A stretch of DNA of 64,000 nucleotides from an uncultured Candidatus Rokubacteria bacterium (GCA_963754315.1 CAVWFS010000018.1:512001-576000), one strand, 5' to 3'; positions 46,718-57,896 are shown, counted from the stretch's first letter. Made by a program: numbers and translations. Notes: generated from the sequence alone by a model not told the origin.

Positions 46718-47843
46718 GCGATTCCTCTACGAGACCTTGGCTGTCGATGAGCGCGCGCACCCGCGGCCGCAGCCCTTCGGCCAAGAATTCCGGCCGCGCC
46801 GTGAACTCGGGGTAGATCGCCAGGCGTTCCCGCAGGACGAAACCTTCGCCCTCGGTGGCCCGACACAGATCGCGGATCATCGGCCACGGTCGCTCGGGGT
46901 TGATGTGATCCAGTGTGAGGGGCGAGATACCGCCCCAGTCGTTGAGGCCGGCCGCGAGCAGCCGCGGGTAGACGTCGACCGAGAGGTTCGGGGGCGCCTG
47001 GATATTGACCTCGGGGCCGAGCAGCAGGCGCGCCACCGCGAGCGTGCGCAGCAGCTCGACCAGCGACGGATCCGGCGCCTCGCGCATGGCGATACGGGGC
47101 TTGGCACGGAAGCTCTGGATGATAACTTCCTGGATGTGCCCGTGGCGTTCGTGCAGATCCCGGATGGCGGTGAGGGCATCGATCCGCTCGGCCCGCGTCT
47201 CGCCGATCCCGATCAAAATGCCGGTCGTGAACGGAATTTGCAGCTTACCGGCCAGAGCGATGGTTTTGAGCCGCCGGGCAGGGACCTTGTCCGGCGCCCG
47301 ATCATGGGCCATTCCCGGCGCCAGAAGTCGCTCGGACGCGGTCTCCAGCATCAGGCCCATGCTGACCGCGACCTCGCGCAGAGCGGCGAGGTCGCGCTCG
47401 CCCATGAGGCCCGGGTTAACGTGTGGCAAGAGCGGCGACTCCTGAAGGGTCAGAGCGGCCATGGCTCGCAGGTACCCGAGCGTGGTGCGCTGACCGTGCC
47501 GACGTAGAAACGCTCGCTGCTCGGGGAACACTGCCTCCGGCTTGTCGCCGAGTGAGAACAGGGCTTCCTTGGCGCCGAGGCGGCCGCCGGCCTGCGCGAG
47601 CGCGATCACTTCTTCGGGGGTCATCGTGTGGCCGCCCGCCTCGCCCGGGTCGCGGCGGAACGTGCAGTAGCCACAATAGTCGCGGCAGAAGGTGGTCAAC
47701 GGGATGAACACCTTCGTCGAGAACGTGACGATCCGTCCGCGACCACGGTCGCGGACGTCGCCGGCGGCGGCGAGGAGATCGGGCAGCTCGACATCAGGAC
47801 GGTCGATCCAGGTCCGCGCGGTCTCGTGCGAAATGGTGTTCAC
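46695..47843 (-). CDS. cofG: FO synthase subunit CofG (radical SAM)
   Basis: VFIPLTTFCRDYCGYCTF, LPHVNPG, FTTGILIGIGET, QAPPNL, DWGGISP. Confidence 0.93.
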   Translation of the reverse strand: MNTISHETARTWIDRPDVELPDLLAAAGDVRDRGRGRIVTFSTKVFIPLTTFCRDYCGYCTFRRDPGEAGGHTMTPEEVIALAQAGGRLGAKEALFSLGDKPEAVFPEQRAFLRRHGQRTTLGYLRAMAALTLQESPLLPHVNPGLMGERDLAALREVAVSMGLMLETASERLLAPGMAHDRAPDKVPARRLKTIALAGKLQIPFTTGILIGIGETRAERIDALTAIRDLHERHGHIQEVIIQSFRAKPRIAMREAPDPSLVELLRTLAVARLLLGPEVNIQAPPNLSVDVYPRLLAAGLNDWGGISPLTLDHINPERPWPMIRDLCRATEGEGFVLRERLAIYPEFTARPEFLAEGLRPRVRALIDSQGLVEESHEHWRRW

Positions 47844-48832
47844 GAACGTTTCGCGCGGCCCGCGGTTGGCGGCCGGCGCCGGGCCAGGTGGGGACGGACC
47901 TCGGTGGCGAAGCGCTTCATGTTGGCGAGGACACCCGCCACGTCCGTGCTGACGTGGTCGAAGATGAAGTGGCTCACGCCGAGAGCAGTGTAGCGTCTGA
48001 TGTCGCCGGCAACTTCCTCAGCGGTACCCTGAAAGAGGGGGCGCTCGCCCGGGGTCGCCTGGGTGCGCGTCGCCCGCACTTGCATCGGTACCCGGAAAGT
48101 GAGGGTGATGGCGTCGGGGTCGCGCCCAGCCGCGCGGGCCACCCGCCGGAGAAGCTCAACCTTGGCCGCGTACTCGTCGGGGAGAAGCTCTGCGGGAGGG
48201 CGAAGGCCGATGGGATGCCAACCATCGAACTGCGCCGCACGACGCACCGCCGCCTCGGTGTGGCCACCAATCCAGACCGGAATGCCGTCCTTCTGCGCGG
48301 GCTTGGGAAGGACATGCACGTCACGCACGGAGTAGGAGGACCCGGAGAAGGTCACGGGGTCAGTTGTCCACGCCGCTTGCATGAGACGGAGATACTCGTC
48401 GGTCACCCGGCCCCGTTCCTCGAACGGCGGCGCCGCCAGAGCCTCGAATTCCTCCCGCAGCCAGCCTACCCCCGCTCCCAGGATGACGCGTCCGCGTGAG
48501 AGAACGTCGATGGTGGACAGCATCTTGGCGACGACGAGCGGATTGCGGTACGGGATGACGAGCACGCTTGTGCCGAGCTTGATCCGCGTGGTGGCGTGAG
48601 CGAGATAGGCGAGAAGCGAAAAGGGCTCCAGGTAGTCCTGGGCGGCGCCGCCGGCGAGCTTGCCCGTAGGTGAGTATGGGTACACGGAGCGCGCCGAGGA
48701 CGCCGGCAGCACCACGTGGTCGGTAACGAAGAGGGACCCGTAGCGTAGGGCCTCTGCCTGACGCGCGATCTTCAGGAGAAGATCGGGGCGGGCGAGGGGG
48801 CCGCGACCGGGAAGGGCAAAGCCGAACTCCAC
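47840..48832 (-). CDS. LLM-class F420-dependent oxidoreductase
   Basis: TDHVVLP, TTRIKLGTSV, LDV/IDVLSRGR, GVGWLREEF, PKPAQ, PVWIGG; GGAGG RBS before GTG 48832. Confidence 0.9.
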   Translation of the reverse strand: MEFGFALPGRGPLARPDLLLKIARQAEALRYGSLFVTDHVVLPASSARSVYPYSPTGKLAGGAAQDYLEPFSLLAYLAHATTRIKLGTSVLVIPYRNPLVVAKMLSTIDVLSRGRVILGAGVGWLREEFEALAAPPFEERGRVTDEYLRLMQAAWTTDPVTFSGSSYSVRDVHVLPKPAQKDGIPVWIGGHTEAAVRRAAQFDGWHPIGLRPPAELLPDEYAAKVELLRRVARAAGRDPDAITLTFRVPMQVRATRTQATPGERPLFQGTAEEVAGDIRRYTALGVSHFIFDHVSTDVAGVLANMKRFATEVRPHLARRRPPTAGRAKRS

Positions 48833-48878
48833 GAGTGTCCTCCGCCTCCAGAGCGCCAGAGCGCGAGCAACGGGACTT

Positions 48879-48907
48879 ATCGTAGGCCTTCCCCGAGTCC
48901 ATTGCAA
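48879..48907 (-). promoter_or_regulatory. Sigma-70 promoter heading the F420 operon
   Basis: TTGCAA-N17-TACGAT on the minus strand. Confidence 0.6.
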
Positions 48908-48995
48908 TTGCCAGCCGTCGCGTGCTCCGCTTCCTTCAAGACCGTGCCCACCCATTCGTTGCAAGATGGTGGCCTCTCTGTTATGCAATAGCGCG

Positions 48996-50807
48996 ATGTC
49001 CGAGTTCGACGTGATCGTCATCGGGGCCGGCCACGCGGGGCTCGAGGCCGCGCTCGCGGCCGCTCGTCTCGGCTGCCGAACCCTGCTCTTGACCATGAAC
49101 CTCGACGCCATCGGGCAGATGTCCTGCAATCCCGCGGTGGGCGGCACGGCAAAGGGACATCTGGTCCGGGAGATCGACGCCCTCGGAGGGGAAATGGGGC
49201 GCGCCACGGATCGCGCCGCCATCCAGGTGAAGACGCTGAACGCCTCGCGCGGCCCCGCCGTGCGCTCCACGAGGGCCCAGTGTGACCGCGCGCGCTACCG
49301 GGCGGCCATGAAGCAGACCGTCGAGCGTGAACCGCGGCTCACCGTCCGCCAGGGGCAAGCCGCGCGCGTCATGGTTACGGGCGGTCGGGTGATCGGCGTG
49401 AGTGACCAGCTTGGCGCGTCACACGTGGCGCCCGCGGTGGTGATCACCGCGGGCACGTTTCTGCGCGGTCTGATCCACGTGGGGCTGAACCAGCACCACG
49501 CCGGGCGTGCTGGCGAGTTCGCGGCGATGGATCTGTCCGGTTCTCTGCGCGACCTCGGACTCGCTCTCGGTCGGCTGAAAACGGGGACATCACCGCGTCT
49601 CAAGCGATCGAGCATCGCCTTCGAGGACCTCGAGGTGCGGCATGGTGATCGCGATCCCTGGCCCTTCCACTGGGCGACGGAGACCCTGCCGCTGCCCCAG
49701 GTCGCCTGCCATCTCACCTACACGACACCGACCACGCACGCCATCATTCGCGACAATCTCGACCGTTCGCCGCTCTACGCGGGAACCATCGAGGCCGCCG
49801 GGGTACGCTACTGTCCGTCGATCGAGGACAAAGTCGTGCGGTTCAGCGACCGCGAACGCCACCAGGTCATCCTGGAGCCCGATGGTCTCGAGACGGAGGA
49901 AATCTACGCCAACGGCATCTCCACGAGCCTCCCCCTCGATGTCCAGGAGACCATGGTGCGATCGATCCCTGGCCTCGAGCGTGCGGAGATCATGCGACCC
50001 GGCTACGCCATCGAATACGACTTCGTGCCGCCGACGCAGATGCGTCCGACCCTGGAGTGCCGCGCTGTCCCCGGTCTGTACCTAGCGGGCCAAATCAACG
50101 GGACCACCGGTTACGAGGAGGCCGCCGCCCTTGGCCTGTGGGCGGGCATCAACGCGGCCTCGGCGGTGCAGCAACGCGAGCCATTCCTGCCGGATCGGTC
50201 GGAATGCTATATGGCCGTGCTCGTCGACGATCTGGTGACCAAGGGGACACTGGAACCGTATCGAATGTTCACGTCGCGCGCGGAGTACCGGTTGCTGTTG
50301 CGCGAGGACAACGCGGACCTCCGCCTGACCTCGCACGGCTACCGTCTCGGTCTGATCTCGCGTGAACGCTACGAGGCTGTCGAGCGCCGACGAGCCCAGG
50401 TCGAGACGGAGATCGAGCGCCTGCGAGCGTGCCGTGTGGATGGGACGCAGCTCTACACCATGCTGTGCCGGCCCGAGATGAGCTACGCGGAGCTGGCCCG
50501 CTTCGACGCTGGCCTGGTGGAGGATCCTCAGGTGGCTCGCCAGGTGGAAATTTGCGCCAAATACAACGGCTATATCCGACGCATGCTGGACGAAGTCGCG
50601 CGTTTCAAGAAGGCCGAGCAACGCCTGATCCCCGACGGCATGGACTATGCGGTTCTGCCCGGGCTCTCCACGGAGATCCGCGAGCGCCTGATCGAGGTCC
50701 GGCCCCGCTCGCTCGGCCAGGCGGCCCGCATCCCTGGGGTCACCCCCGCCGCCCTGTCCGTTCTGGCCGTCTGGTGTCATCGAGCTCAGGGATCGGTTCC
50801 TCGGTGA
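48996..50807 (+). CDS. mnmG: tRNA uridine-5-carboxymethylaminomethyl synthesis enzyme
   Basis: VIGAGHAG, MSCNPAVGG, RLKTGT, RYCPSIEDK, AGQINGTTGYEEAAA, EPYRMFTSRAEYR. Confidence 0.97.
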   Translation: MSEFDVIVIGAGHAGLEAALAAARLGCRTLLLTMNLDAIGQMSCNPAVGGTAKGHLVREIDALGGEMGRATDRAAIQVKTLNASRGPAVRSTRAQCDRARYRAAMKQTVEREPRLTVRQGQAARVMVTGGRVIGVSDQLGASHVAPAVVITAGTFLRGLIHVGLNQHHAGRAGEFAAMDLSGSLRDLGLALGRLKTGTSPRLKRSSIAFEDLEVRHGDRDPWPFHWATETLPLPQVACHLTYTTPTTHAIIRDNLDRSPLYAGTIEAAGVRYCPSIEDKVVRFSDRERHQVILEPDGLETEEIYANGISTSLPLDVQETMVRSIPGLERAEIMRPGYAIEYDFVPPTQMRPTLECRAVPGLYLAGQINGTTGYEEAAALGLWAGINAASAVQQREPFLPDRSECYMAVLVDDLVTKGTLEPYRMFTSRAEYRLLLREDNADLRLTSHGYRLGLISRERYEAVERRRAQVETEIERLRACRVDGTQLYTMLCRPEMSYAELARFDAGLVEDPQVARQVEICAKYNGYIRRMLDEVARFKKAEQRLIPDGMDYAVLPGLSTEIRERLIEVRPRSLGQAARIPGVTPAALSVLAVWCHRAQGSVPR

Positions 50808-50872
50808 CCCGGAGACGTTTTATCATCTTTGCTTGATCCCAGGCTCAAAAGCGGGCACCCTGACGGCGCGCC

Positions 50873-52317
50873 ATGCGGTTGGCCTCAAAGATCTTCCTGA
50901 CCTCGGCAGTTCTGGTGGTGGTACTTGCGGTCGTCGGCCTCCTGAGCCTGTACGCGGTGGCTCGGCTGGCGTCGGTCAATCGCGAGATCACGACCCGACG
51001 GTGCCTATCGTCCGGCTCGCGTCGACCCTGCGGGACGCCGTGCGCGCGTTGAGCCGCCTGGAGGCGCGTTACGTCATCCGCCGTGACCCCGAGTTCGCCA
51101 CCCTGTGGGACGAGACGGCGGCTCGGGTCGAGGCGGATCTTGTGCAGGTTCAGGCGGCGGTCACGACACAAGGCCAACGCGCGGCCACGGCGGAGGCGAT
51201 CGCCGCGTTCGAGCAGTATCGTGAGCTGGTCGCCGAAGAGCGGGCCCTGCTCGCGCGGGGAAACCGCCAGCAAGCGCTGCGCCTGGCCGATACTGAGGGC
51301 CGCGTGCGGGCCGATCGGATGGACTCGATGCTGGAGAGGTTGGCCAGGGAGACCGACGCGGCCGTGAAGAGTGCCTTGGCCGAAGCCACGCGTCTCGAGC
51401 AGCGGACGTGGACGTGGGTCATAGCCAGTCTCGGCATGGCCGTGGTCTTGGCCCTGGTCGGGAGCGGACTGGTCGCCTTCCGGCTCACTCGGTCATTGCG
51501 GAGGCTGTCCGTGGCGACGCGGGCACTTGCGGAGGGGTCGTTTAGTGCTCCCATCACGATCAAGGACAAGGATGAGGTCGGGGAGCTGGCCGGCTCGTTC
51601 AATGCCATGGCCCAGCAGTTGCGTCAGATCGACGACATGAAAGAGGAGTTCTTCGCCACGATCTCGCACGACCTCAAGTCTCCCCTCGGTTCCATCGCCG
51701 AGGCGGCCTACCTGCTCCGTGACGGCGTAGCTGGTTCCCTGAACCCGCGCCAGGCTCGACTGATGTCTATCATTAACGCCAGTAGCGACCGCATCCTGGG
51801 TCTCGTCAACCGCCTCCTACACCTCTCACGCCTGCGGGCGGGGATGCTGCCTCTCGAGCGTCGGCCCGTCAATCTGGCGGTGGTGGCCGAACGGGCGGTG
51901 GAAGAGCTCCGACCCCAGGCGGAAACGGCCGAGATTACCCTCGAACTCGAGCGTGTAGGCGACGCTTTCGTCGTGGAAGGCGACGAGGATCGCTTGGCCG
52001 AGGTCGTCATCAACCTCGGTGTCAATGCTATCCAGTTCACGCCGAAAGGTGGATTCGTGCGGGTCCGGGTAACGGATGCGGGATCCGAGGTCACCCTCGA
52101 GGTCGAGGATACGGGGATCGGGATCCCCGCCGCGGCGCTGCCAGGCATCTTCGAGCGCTACCAGCAGGCCCGGCGAGACCGCGGAGGAAGTGGCCTGGGT
52201 CTCGCCATCGTACGGGGAGTGGTCGAGGCCCACGGTGGCCGGGTGGCGGTCGAGTCTTCCGACGGCAAGGGCACGCGATTCACGGTGACTGTGCCACGGG
52301 TCGCCGACGCGCGATGA
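50873..52317 (+). CDS. Membrane HAMP sensor histidine kinase (GlrK/QseE-like); frameshift near 50996
   Basis: MRLASKIFLTSAVLVVVLAVVGLLSLY in one frame joins TVPIVRL... in the next; DEVGELAGSFNAM, SHDLKSPL, GSGLGL. Confidence 0.85.
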
Positions 52318-52901
52318 GGGTGGTGGGCCGGAGATGGGGAGGCAGGGGACTTACCGTGGCGTTGATCGTTGCTCTGGCTCTCGCTGGGTGCCGGGCAGCG
52401 TCCCCTCCCGACCCGCGGCCTGCCGTCCAACCCCGCACCGGCGCCGGTGACAGCGCCGGTACCAGCGGCGGTTCCGCCGCCGATGCCCATGCCCACCGCC
52501 CACACCGGTGATGCCATCGGTCATATTGCTGGCTGAGGCCGACGGGCTACTGTCCGAGGGGAATCACGTCAATGCCGTCCTCGCTTACGAGGATTTCCTG
52601 AGCGCGATTTCCCGACGACACCGCGGCCGCGCGAGTCCGTGCCACGCGCGACATCCTCTCGTCCTTGGAGGAAACCAATGCCGAGGTGCTCCGCTTGCGC
52701 GAGCAAACCCAGGCGGCGGAGCGCGATCTGGGCCGACTGCGGCGCGATCTTGTGGTGCGCCAGGCCGAGGTTGGCCGTCTGCGCCAGGAACTGGCCGAGC
52801 GGCAAGCGGAGCTGGCTCGGCTGACCGAGGAAGCCGATAACCTGCGTCTGGATCTGGAACGGCTGAAGAGCGTGGACCTCCGGCTCGAGCGACCCCGGTG
52901 A
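52314..52901 (+). CDS. Lipoprotein with Pro-rich linker, helical domain and coiled coil (QseG/YfhG-like); about 3 frameshifts
   Basis: Lipobox LALAGC; pieces PAPAPVTAPVP, LLAEADGLL...AYEDFL, ARFPDD, LRLDLERLKSVDLRLER fall in successive frames; overlaps both neighbours by 4 nt. Confidence 0.65.
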
Positions 52902-54400
52902 AGACGCGCGCCCTCGTCGTCGACGACGACACGATGATGCTGGAGGTGCTCGAGCTCCGCCTGGCCAGCCTAGGCTTCGCCGTGACCGCTACCAAGGATC
53001 CCGAGCACGCCATTGCGGTCGTTGCCGGCACACGTTTTGACCTGGCCTTTCTCGATCTCCGTATGGAGCCGATGGACGGCATCCGCCTGATGGAGGCCCT
53101 GCACAGCTACCACCCTCATCTGCCCGTTTTGATCATGACCGCCCATGCCACGATCGACTCCGCCGTCCACGCCATCCAGCGTGGCGCCTACGACTATCTG
53201 ACCAAACCGTTTGTGACGGACGAGCTGCGGGGCAAGATCGCGCGTGCGCTATCCGTAAGGCGATGGGCACGAGATCGGGAGCGCTTACTCGCCATCGGGG
53301 AAATCCTGGCCTCCTCGGGTAGCCTCGAGCTCGTGTTGGAGGCGGTCGCGAATGCCGCCATGGAAACGATCGACGCCGAGCGGTGTGTTGTTTTCCAGCG
53401 CGGCGAGGGACGACTGGTCCCGGTGGCGAGTGTCGGTCCGCCCGCTTCGTCGTGGGGCGCGTTCGCGGGCGCGGCCGCGTTGGCCATGGAGCGCGGGGTG
53501 CCCACGGCTACTGTTGGCGCGGAAGGACGACTGCTCGTAGCGTCCCCTCTCGTTGTCCAGCGCGGGCCGGCGGGCGCCCTCGTCATCGAGACGCCGTCCG
53601 ATGTGGCGCCGAGCGAGGACGATCTCGAACTGCTCGCTCTCTTCTCGGCTCAGGCCGCGGTGGCTATTCACAATACCCACGAATACGAGCGCCTGCGCAG
53701 TGGCGCGCTCGCCGCGCTCGGACGCATGGCGACCCAGGTGGCTCACGAATTGAAGAATCCACTGGCCGGGATCCTGCTGTACGCGAGCCATCTGGAGCAT
53801 CGCGCCACCCGAAACGACGATGCGGAGGGCGCAGAGACCGCGCGCAAGATCAGCGTGGCGGTAGAGCGATTGGGAGCGGTCGTGGCCGAGATCACCGCGT
53901 TCGGGCGGCCTTCGGAGCTGCACCGGGCGCCCGCGAGCCTGCCGCCCCTGCTGGATGAGTGCCTTGCCTTTGCCTGTGCTCGCCAGGGCAGCGACGGAGC
54001 GGAAATCGTCCGCCAGTACGACGCGGCATGCCCGGAGGCGCTGGTAGACGCCCGCGAACTGCGCAAGGCCTTCCTCAACCTGATCCTCAATGGTCTGGAG
54101 GCCATGGAGGGGGAGGGACGACTGACCATCCGCATCAACTATGCTCCAGATCGTCATGTGATCAGGGTGTCCATCGAGGACACCGGGGTGGGCATGAGTG
54201 AGGACACGCTCTCCCGAGTGTTCGACATGTTCTTCACCACGAAACCACAGGGAACCGGCCTCGGCATGGCCATCGCACGCTCGGTGATCGCGCGCCACGG
54301 GGGCGACCTTCGCCTGCAGAGCGCCCCCGGCCTCGGGACCAAGGTCGTGGTGAGCCTGCCCGCCGATGACCACATCGTCGTCTCGCAGGTCGGGCCATGA
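52898..54400 (+). CDS. Receiver-GAF-histidine kinase (cytoplasmic hybrid)
   Basis: VVDDD, FLDLRMEPMDG, MTAHA, LTKPF; GAF; AHELKNPL, FFTTKPQGTGLG. Confidence 0.9.
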   Translation: MKTRALVVDDDTMMLEVLELRLASLGFAVTATKDPEHAIAVVAGTRFDLAFLDLRMEPMDGIRLMEALHSYHPHLPVLIMTAHATIDSAVHAIQRGAYDYLTKPFVTDELRGKIARALSVRRWARDRERLLAIGEILASSGSLELVLEAVANAAMETIDAERCVVFQRGEGRLVPVASVGPPASSWGAFAGAAALAMERGVPTATVGAEGRLLVASPLVVQRGPAGALVIETPSDVAPSEDDLELLALFSAQAAVAIHNTHEYERLRSGALAALGRMATQVAHELKNPLAGILLYASHLEHRATRNDDAEGAETARKISVAVERLGAVVAEITAFGRPSELHRAPASLPPLLDECLAFACARQGSDGAEIVRQYDAACPEALVDARELRKAFLNLILNGLEAMEGEGRLTIRINYAPDRHVIRVSIEDTGVGMSEDTLSRVFDMFFTTKPQGTGLGMAIARSVIARHGGDLRLQSAPGLGTKVVVSLPADDHIVVSQVGP

Positions 54401-55785
54401 AGCGAGGGGGATCCACGGTGCTCGTCGTCGACGACGAGCCGACCATCACCGACGGGCTGCGGCTGACCCTGGAGGCCGAAGGCTACCGCGTCCTCACGGC
54501 GAGCAGTGTCCAGGCGGCCTTGGTCGAGGCCACGCGCTCGGAAGTTCAGGGCGCCATCGTCGACCTCATGCTCCCAGACGGGGACGGCATCACCCTGACT
54601 CGGGAGCTGAAACGACAGGATCCCTCCATCGAGGCGATCATCATCACCGCCTACGGTTCCGTACGAAAGGCGATGGAAGCCACCAAGGGAGCGGGGGCCT
54701 TCTACGTCCTCGAGAAGCCCTTCGATCCCGACGAGGTGAATACCTTGATGCGGGCCGCCCTCGATCACCGGGCGCTGGTGGCCGAGAACTCCGACCTCCG
54801 GCGGCGGCTCGCAGAACGGGGCGCCGACACGGAAATCCTGGGTGGGACCCCTTCCATGCAACGAGTACTCGATACAGTAGCGGCGGTGGCTGATGCGGAC
54901 GCCGCGGTGCTGATCGTGGGCGAGAGTGGGACCGGCAAAGAGCTTGTCGCCAACGCACTGCACGAACGGAGCCGTCGGCGGGGTGGTCCCTGGATCAAGA
55001 TCAACTGTGCCGCACTGCCGAAGGAGCTCATCGAATCCGAGCTCTTCGGGCATACGCGGGGTGCCTTTACTGGCGCCACCACTGAGAAAGTAGGCCTCCT
55101 GGAGGAGGCTCACGGCGGATCGCTCCTCCTCGATGAGATCGCCGAGATGCCGATGGACCTGCAGGCGAAGCTGCTCCGAGTGCTCGAGGAGCGCCTAGTG
55201 CGCCGGCTGGGGAGCGGGAAGGCGACGACCGCTGACTTCAGGCTGATCTCGTCCACGAACCGTCAGCCTGAGGCCGCCCTCCGCGGAGGCTTCCTGCGTC
55301 ACGATCTGTACTTCAGGATCAACACGGTCACCATCTCGGTGCCTGCCCTGCGGGAGCGCCGCGAAGACATCCCATTGCTCGTGCGCGCCTTCCTCGACCG
55401 TTACCGCGCCAAGCACGGACGCCGGATCGAGGGGATCGAGCCCGAAGCCTATCGGCGCCTGCTGAGCCATGGATGGCCGGGCAACATCCGTGAGCTACAG
55501 CACGCGCTGGAGCGCGCGGTGCTTGTGGCTCGTGGATCGCACATCGCGGCGGAGGATTTGCCGGAAAGCCTGCAGGCGGCGGCCACGGGCGCCGAGGATG
55601 GCATTCCGCCTGCGGCCGTGCCCTCGGGCTCCCTGGAGGCGATCGAACGCGCCTCCATCCTCAAGGCTCTTGAGCATACGGGCTGGAACAAGCAGGCGGC
55701 CGCGGCGCTCCTCGGCCTTCGCCGCCCGACCCTCTACTCGAAGCTGCGTAAGCACGGCATACCGCACCGACCTCGACTGGCTTGA
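54397..55785 (+). CDS. Sigma-54-dependent response regulator (NtrC family)
   Basis: Receiver, GESGTGKE, ESELFGH, GAFTGA, LLDEI, WPGNIREL, Fis-type HTH. Confidence 0.95.
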   Translation: MKRGGSTVLVVDDEPTITDGLRLTLEAEGYRVLTASSVQAALVEATRSEVQGAIVDLMLPDGDGITLTRELKRQDPSIEAIIITAYGSVRKAMEATKGAGAFYVLEKPFDPDEVNTLMRAALDHRALVAENSDLRRRLAERGADTEILGGTPSMQRVLDTVAAVADADAAVLIVGESGTGKELVANALHERSRRRGGPWIKINCAALPKELIESELFGHTRGAFTGATTEKVGLLEEAHGGSLLLDEIAEMPMDLQAKLLRVLEERLVRRLGSGKATTADFRLISSTNRQPEAALRGGFLRHDLYFRINTVTISVPALRERREDIPLLVRAFLDRYRAKHGRRIEGIEPEAYRRLLSHGWPGNIRELQHALERAVLVARGSHIAAEDLPESLQAAATGAEDGIPPAAVPSGSLEAIERASILKALEHTGWNKQAAAALLGLRRPTLYSKLRKHGIPHRPRLA

Positions 55786-55826
55786 CAGGCCTCCGGGACG
55801 CGCTCGAAACGCGGGCACTCCGAGAA

Positions 55827-55851
55827 CGATTGCCTAATCATTAGGCAATCG
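55827..55851. promoter_or_regulatory. Perfect palindrome, probable enhancer (UAS) for the sigma-54 activator
   Basis: CGATTGCCTAAT-C-ATTAGGCAATCG; TGC-N11-GCA geometry as in NtrC sites; IHF-like site 55881-55893. Confidence 0.75.
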
Positions 55852-55883
55852 GCTTGCGGAGACAGGCGGGCAAAGCCTTGTAA

Positions 55884-56300
<417 letters not shown>

Positions 56301-56322
56301 CCATCTGCAGACGGAGGACAGC

Positions 56323-57777
56323 GTGAAGCGGATAAGCATCTGCGTGGCAATTGTGCTCGTGCTCTTCACCGCAGTAGCGGTAGCGGTGGCTCAGCAAGCC
56401 CCGGCCCCTGCTCCGGCCCCGTCCGCGAGCACTCCGGCGGCAGCGGCCCCGGGTCCGACCGTGGCGAAGATCGACAAGGGTGACACGGCCTGGATGCTGA
56501 CATCGTCAGCGCTCGTCTTGCTCATGACGGCCCCCGGACTCGCGCTCTTCTACGGGGGACTCGTCCGTCAGAAGAATGCCCTCGCCACCTTGATGCAGAG
56601 CTTCATCATCATGGCGCTCATCTCGATCCAGTGGGTGTTGTGGGGTTACACGCTCGCCTTCGGCCCCGACAAGGGGGGGATCATCGGCGGCCTCGAGTGG
56701 GTTGGGCTACGCGGGGTCGGCGGGGACCCCTTCGACGCGTACGCCAAGACGATCCCACATCAAGTATTCATGCTGTTCCAGATGATGTTCGCCATCATCA
56801 CGCCTGCCCTCATCACCGGCGCCTTCGCCGAGCGCAAGAAGTTCTCGGCCTTCATCCTCTTCACCTTGCTGTGGGCGACCTTCGTCTACGATCCCTTGGC
56901 GCACTGGGTGTGGGGAGATGGCGGCTGGCTGAAGAAGCTGGGCGCGCTGGATTTTGCCGGCGGGACCGTCGTGCATATCTCGTCGGGCGTGTCGGCGCTC
57001 GTGTGCGCCATCATGCTCGGCAAGCGACGGGGTTACGGCCACCACCCCATGCCGCCCCACAACCTCCCCTTGAGCGTCATTGGGGCGGCCCTGCTGTGGT
57101 TCGGCTGGTTCGGGTTCAATGCCGGCAGCGCCCTCGAGGCCAACGCCCTTGCCGCCAGCGCCTTTCTCGCCACCAACACGGCGGCGGCAGCCGCCGCCCT
57201 GGGCTGGATGTTCACGGAATGGATGCTGCGAGGGAAGCCCACCGTGCTTGGAGCGGCGACGGGGGCCGTGGCAGGACTGGTGGCCATCACCCCCGCCGCT
57301 GGTTTCGTGGGACCGGTCGCGTCCATTCTTATCGGCGCCGTGGCTGGTTTCCTCTGCTACAACGCCTGTAACGTCAAATCGAGGCTTGGCTACGACGATT
57401 CGCTGGACGTGGTCGGGGTCCATGGCGTGGGAGGCACCTGGGGCGCGTTAGCCACCGGACTTTTCGCCACGAAACTCGTGAACGACGCAGGGGCCGATGG
57501 GCTCTTTTATGGGAACCCGGGCCAACTCTGGACTCAGATTCTCGCGGTGGCCGCCACCATGGCCCTGGCCGTGGTGGGAACTGCCGTCATCCTCAAAGTT
57601 GTCGATGCGATCGTGGGTCTGCGCGTCTCCGACGAGGAGGAAGAGGCCGGGCTCGACCTCTCGCAGCATTCGGAAACCGCCTATTCGATGGGTGGCGGCG
57701 GCTACGGAGAGCAATCGGGCGCCGGCGCCTTCGCCGAGAGCATGCGGACCGGGGCCAAGCCTCGCGCGGCACACTGA
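56323..57777 (+). CDS. amtB: Ammonium transporter
   Basis: GDTAW, PGLALFYGG, FQMMFA, DFAGGTVVH, WFGWFGFNAGS, DDSLDVVGVHG. Confidence 0.97.
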   Translation: MKRISICVAIVLVLFTAVAVAVAQQAPAPAPAPSASTPAAAAPGPTVAKIDKGDTAWMLTSSALVLLMTAPGLALFYGGLVRQKNALATLMQSFIIMALISIQWVLWGYTLAFGPDKGGIIGGLEWVGLRGVGGDPFDAYAKTIPHQVFMLFQMMFAIITPALITGAFAERKKFSAFILFTLLWATFVYDPLAHWVWGDGGWLKKLGALDFAGGTVVHISSGVSALVCAIMLGKRRGYGHHPMPPHNLPLSVIGAALLWFGWFGFNAGSALEANALAASAFLATNTAAAAAALGWMFTEWMLRGKPTVLGAATGAVAGLVAITPAAGFVGPVASILIGAVAGFLCYNACNVKSRLGYDDSLDVVGVHGVGGTWGALATGLFATKLVNDAGADGLFYGNPGQLWTQILAVAATMALAVVGTAVILKVVDAIVGLRVSDEEEEAGLDLSQHSETAYSMGGGGYGEQSGAGAFAESMRTGAKPRAAH

Positions 57778-57821
57778 CGACGGGCTTGTGATTCCACCCG
57801 AGCCGTTCATAGGTTTAGGCC

Positions 57822-57858
57822 GGCCGGCGGCGCCAGCGGCACCGCCGGGCCCCTTTTG
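57822..57858 (+). terminator. Intrinsic terminator-like hairpin between amtB and glnA
   Basis: CCGGCGG-c-GCC-agc-GGC-a-CCGCCGG followed within a few nt by TTTT. Confidence 0.55.
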
Positions 57859-57896
57859 ATCACCTTTATTCGCCTTACACAGGAGAAGGAGCGCCC

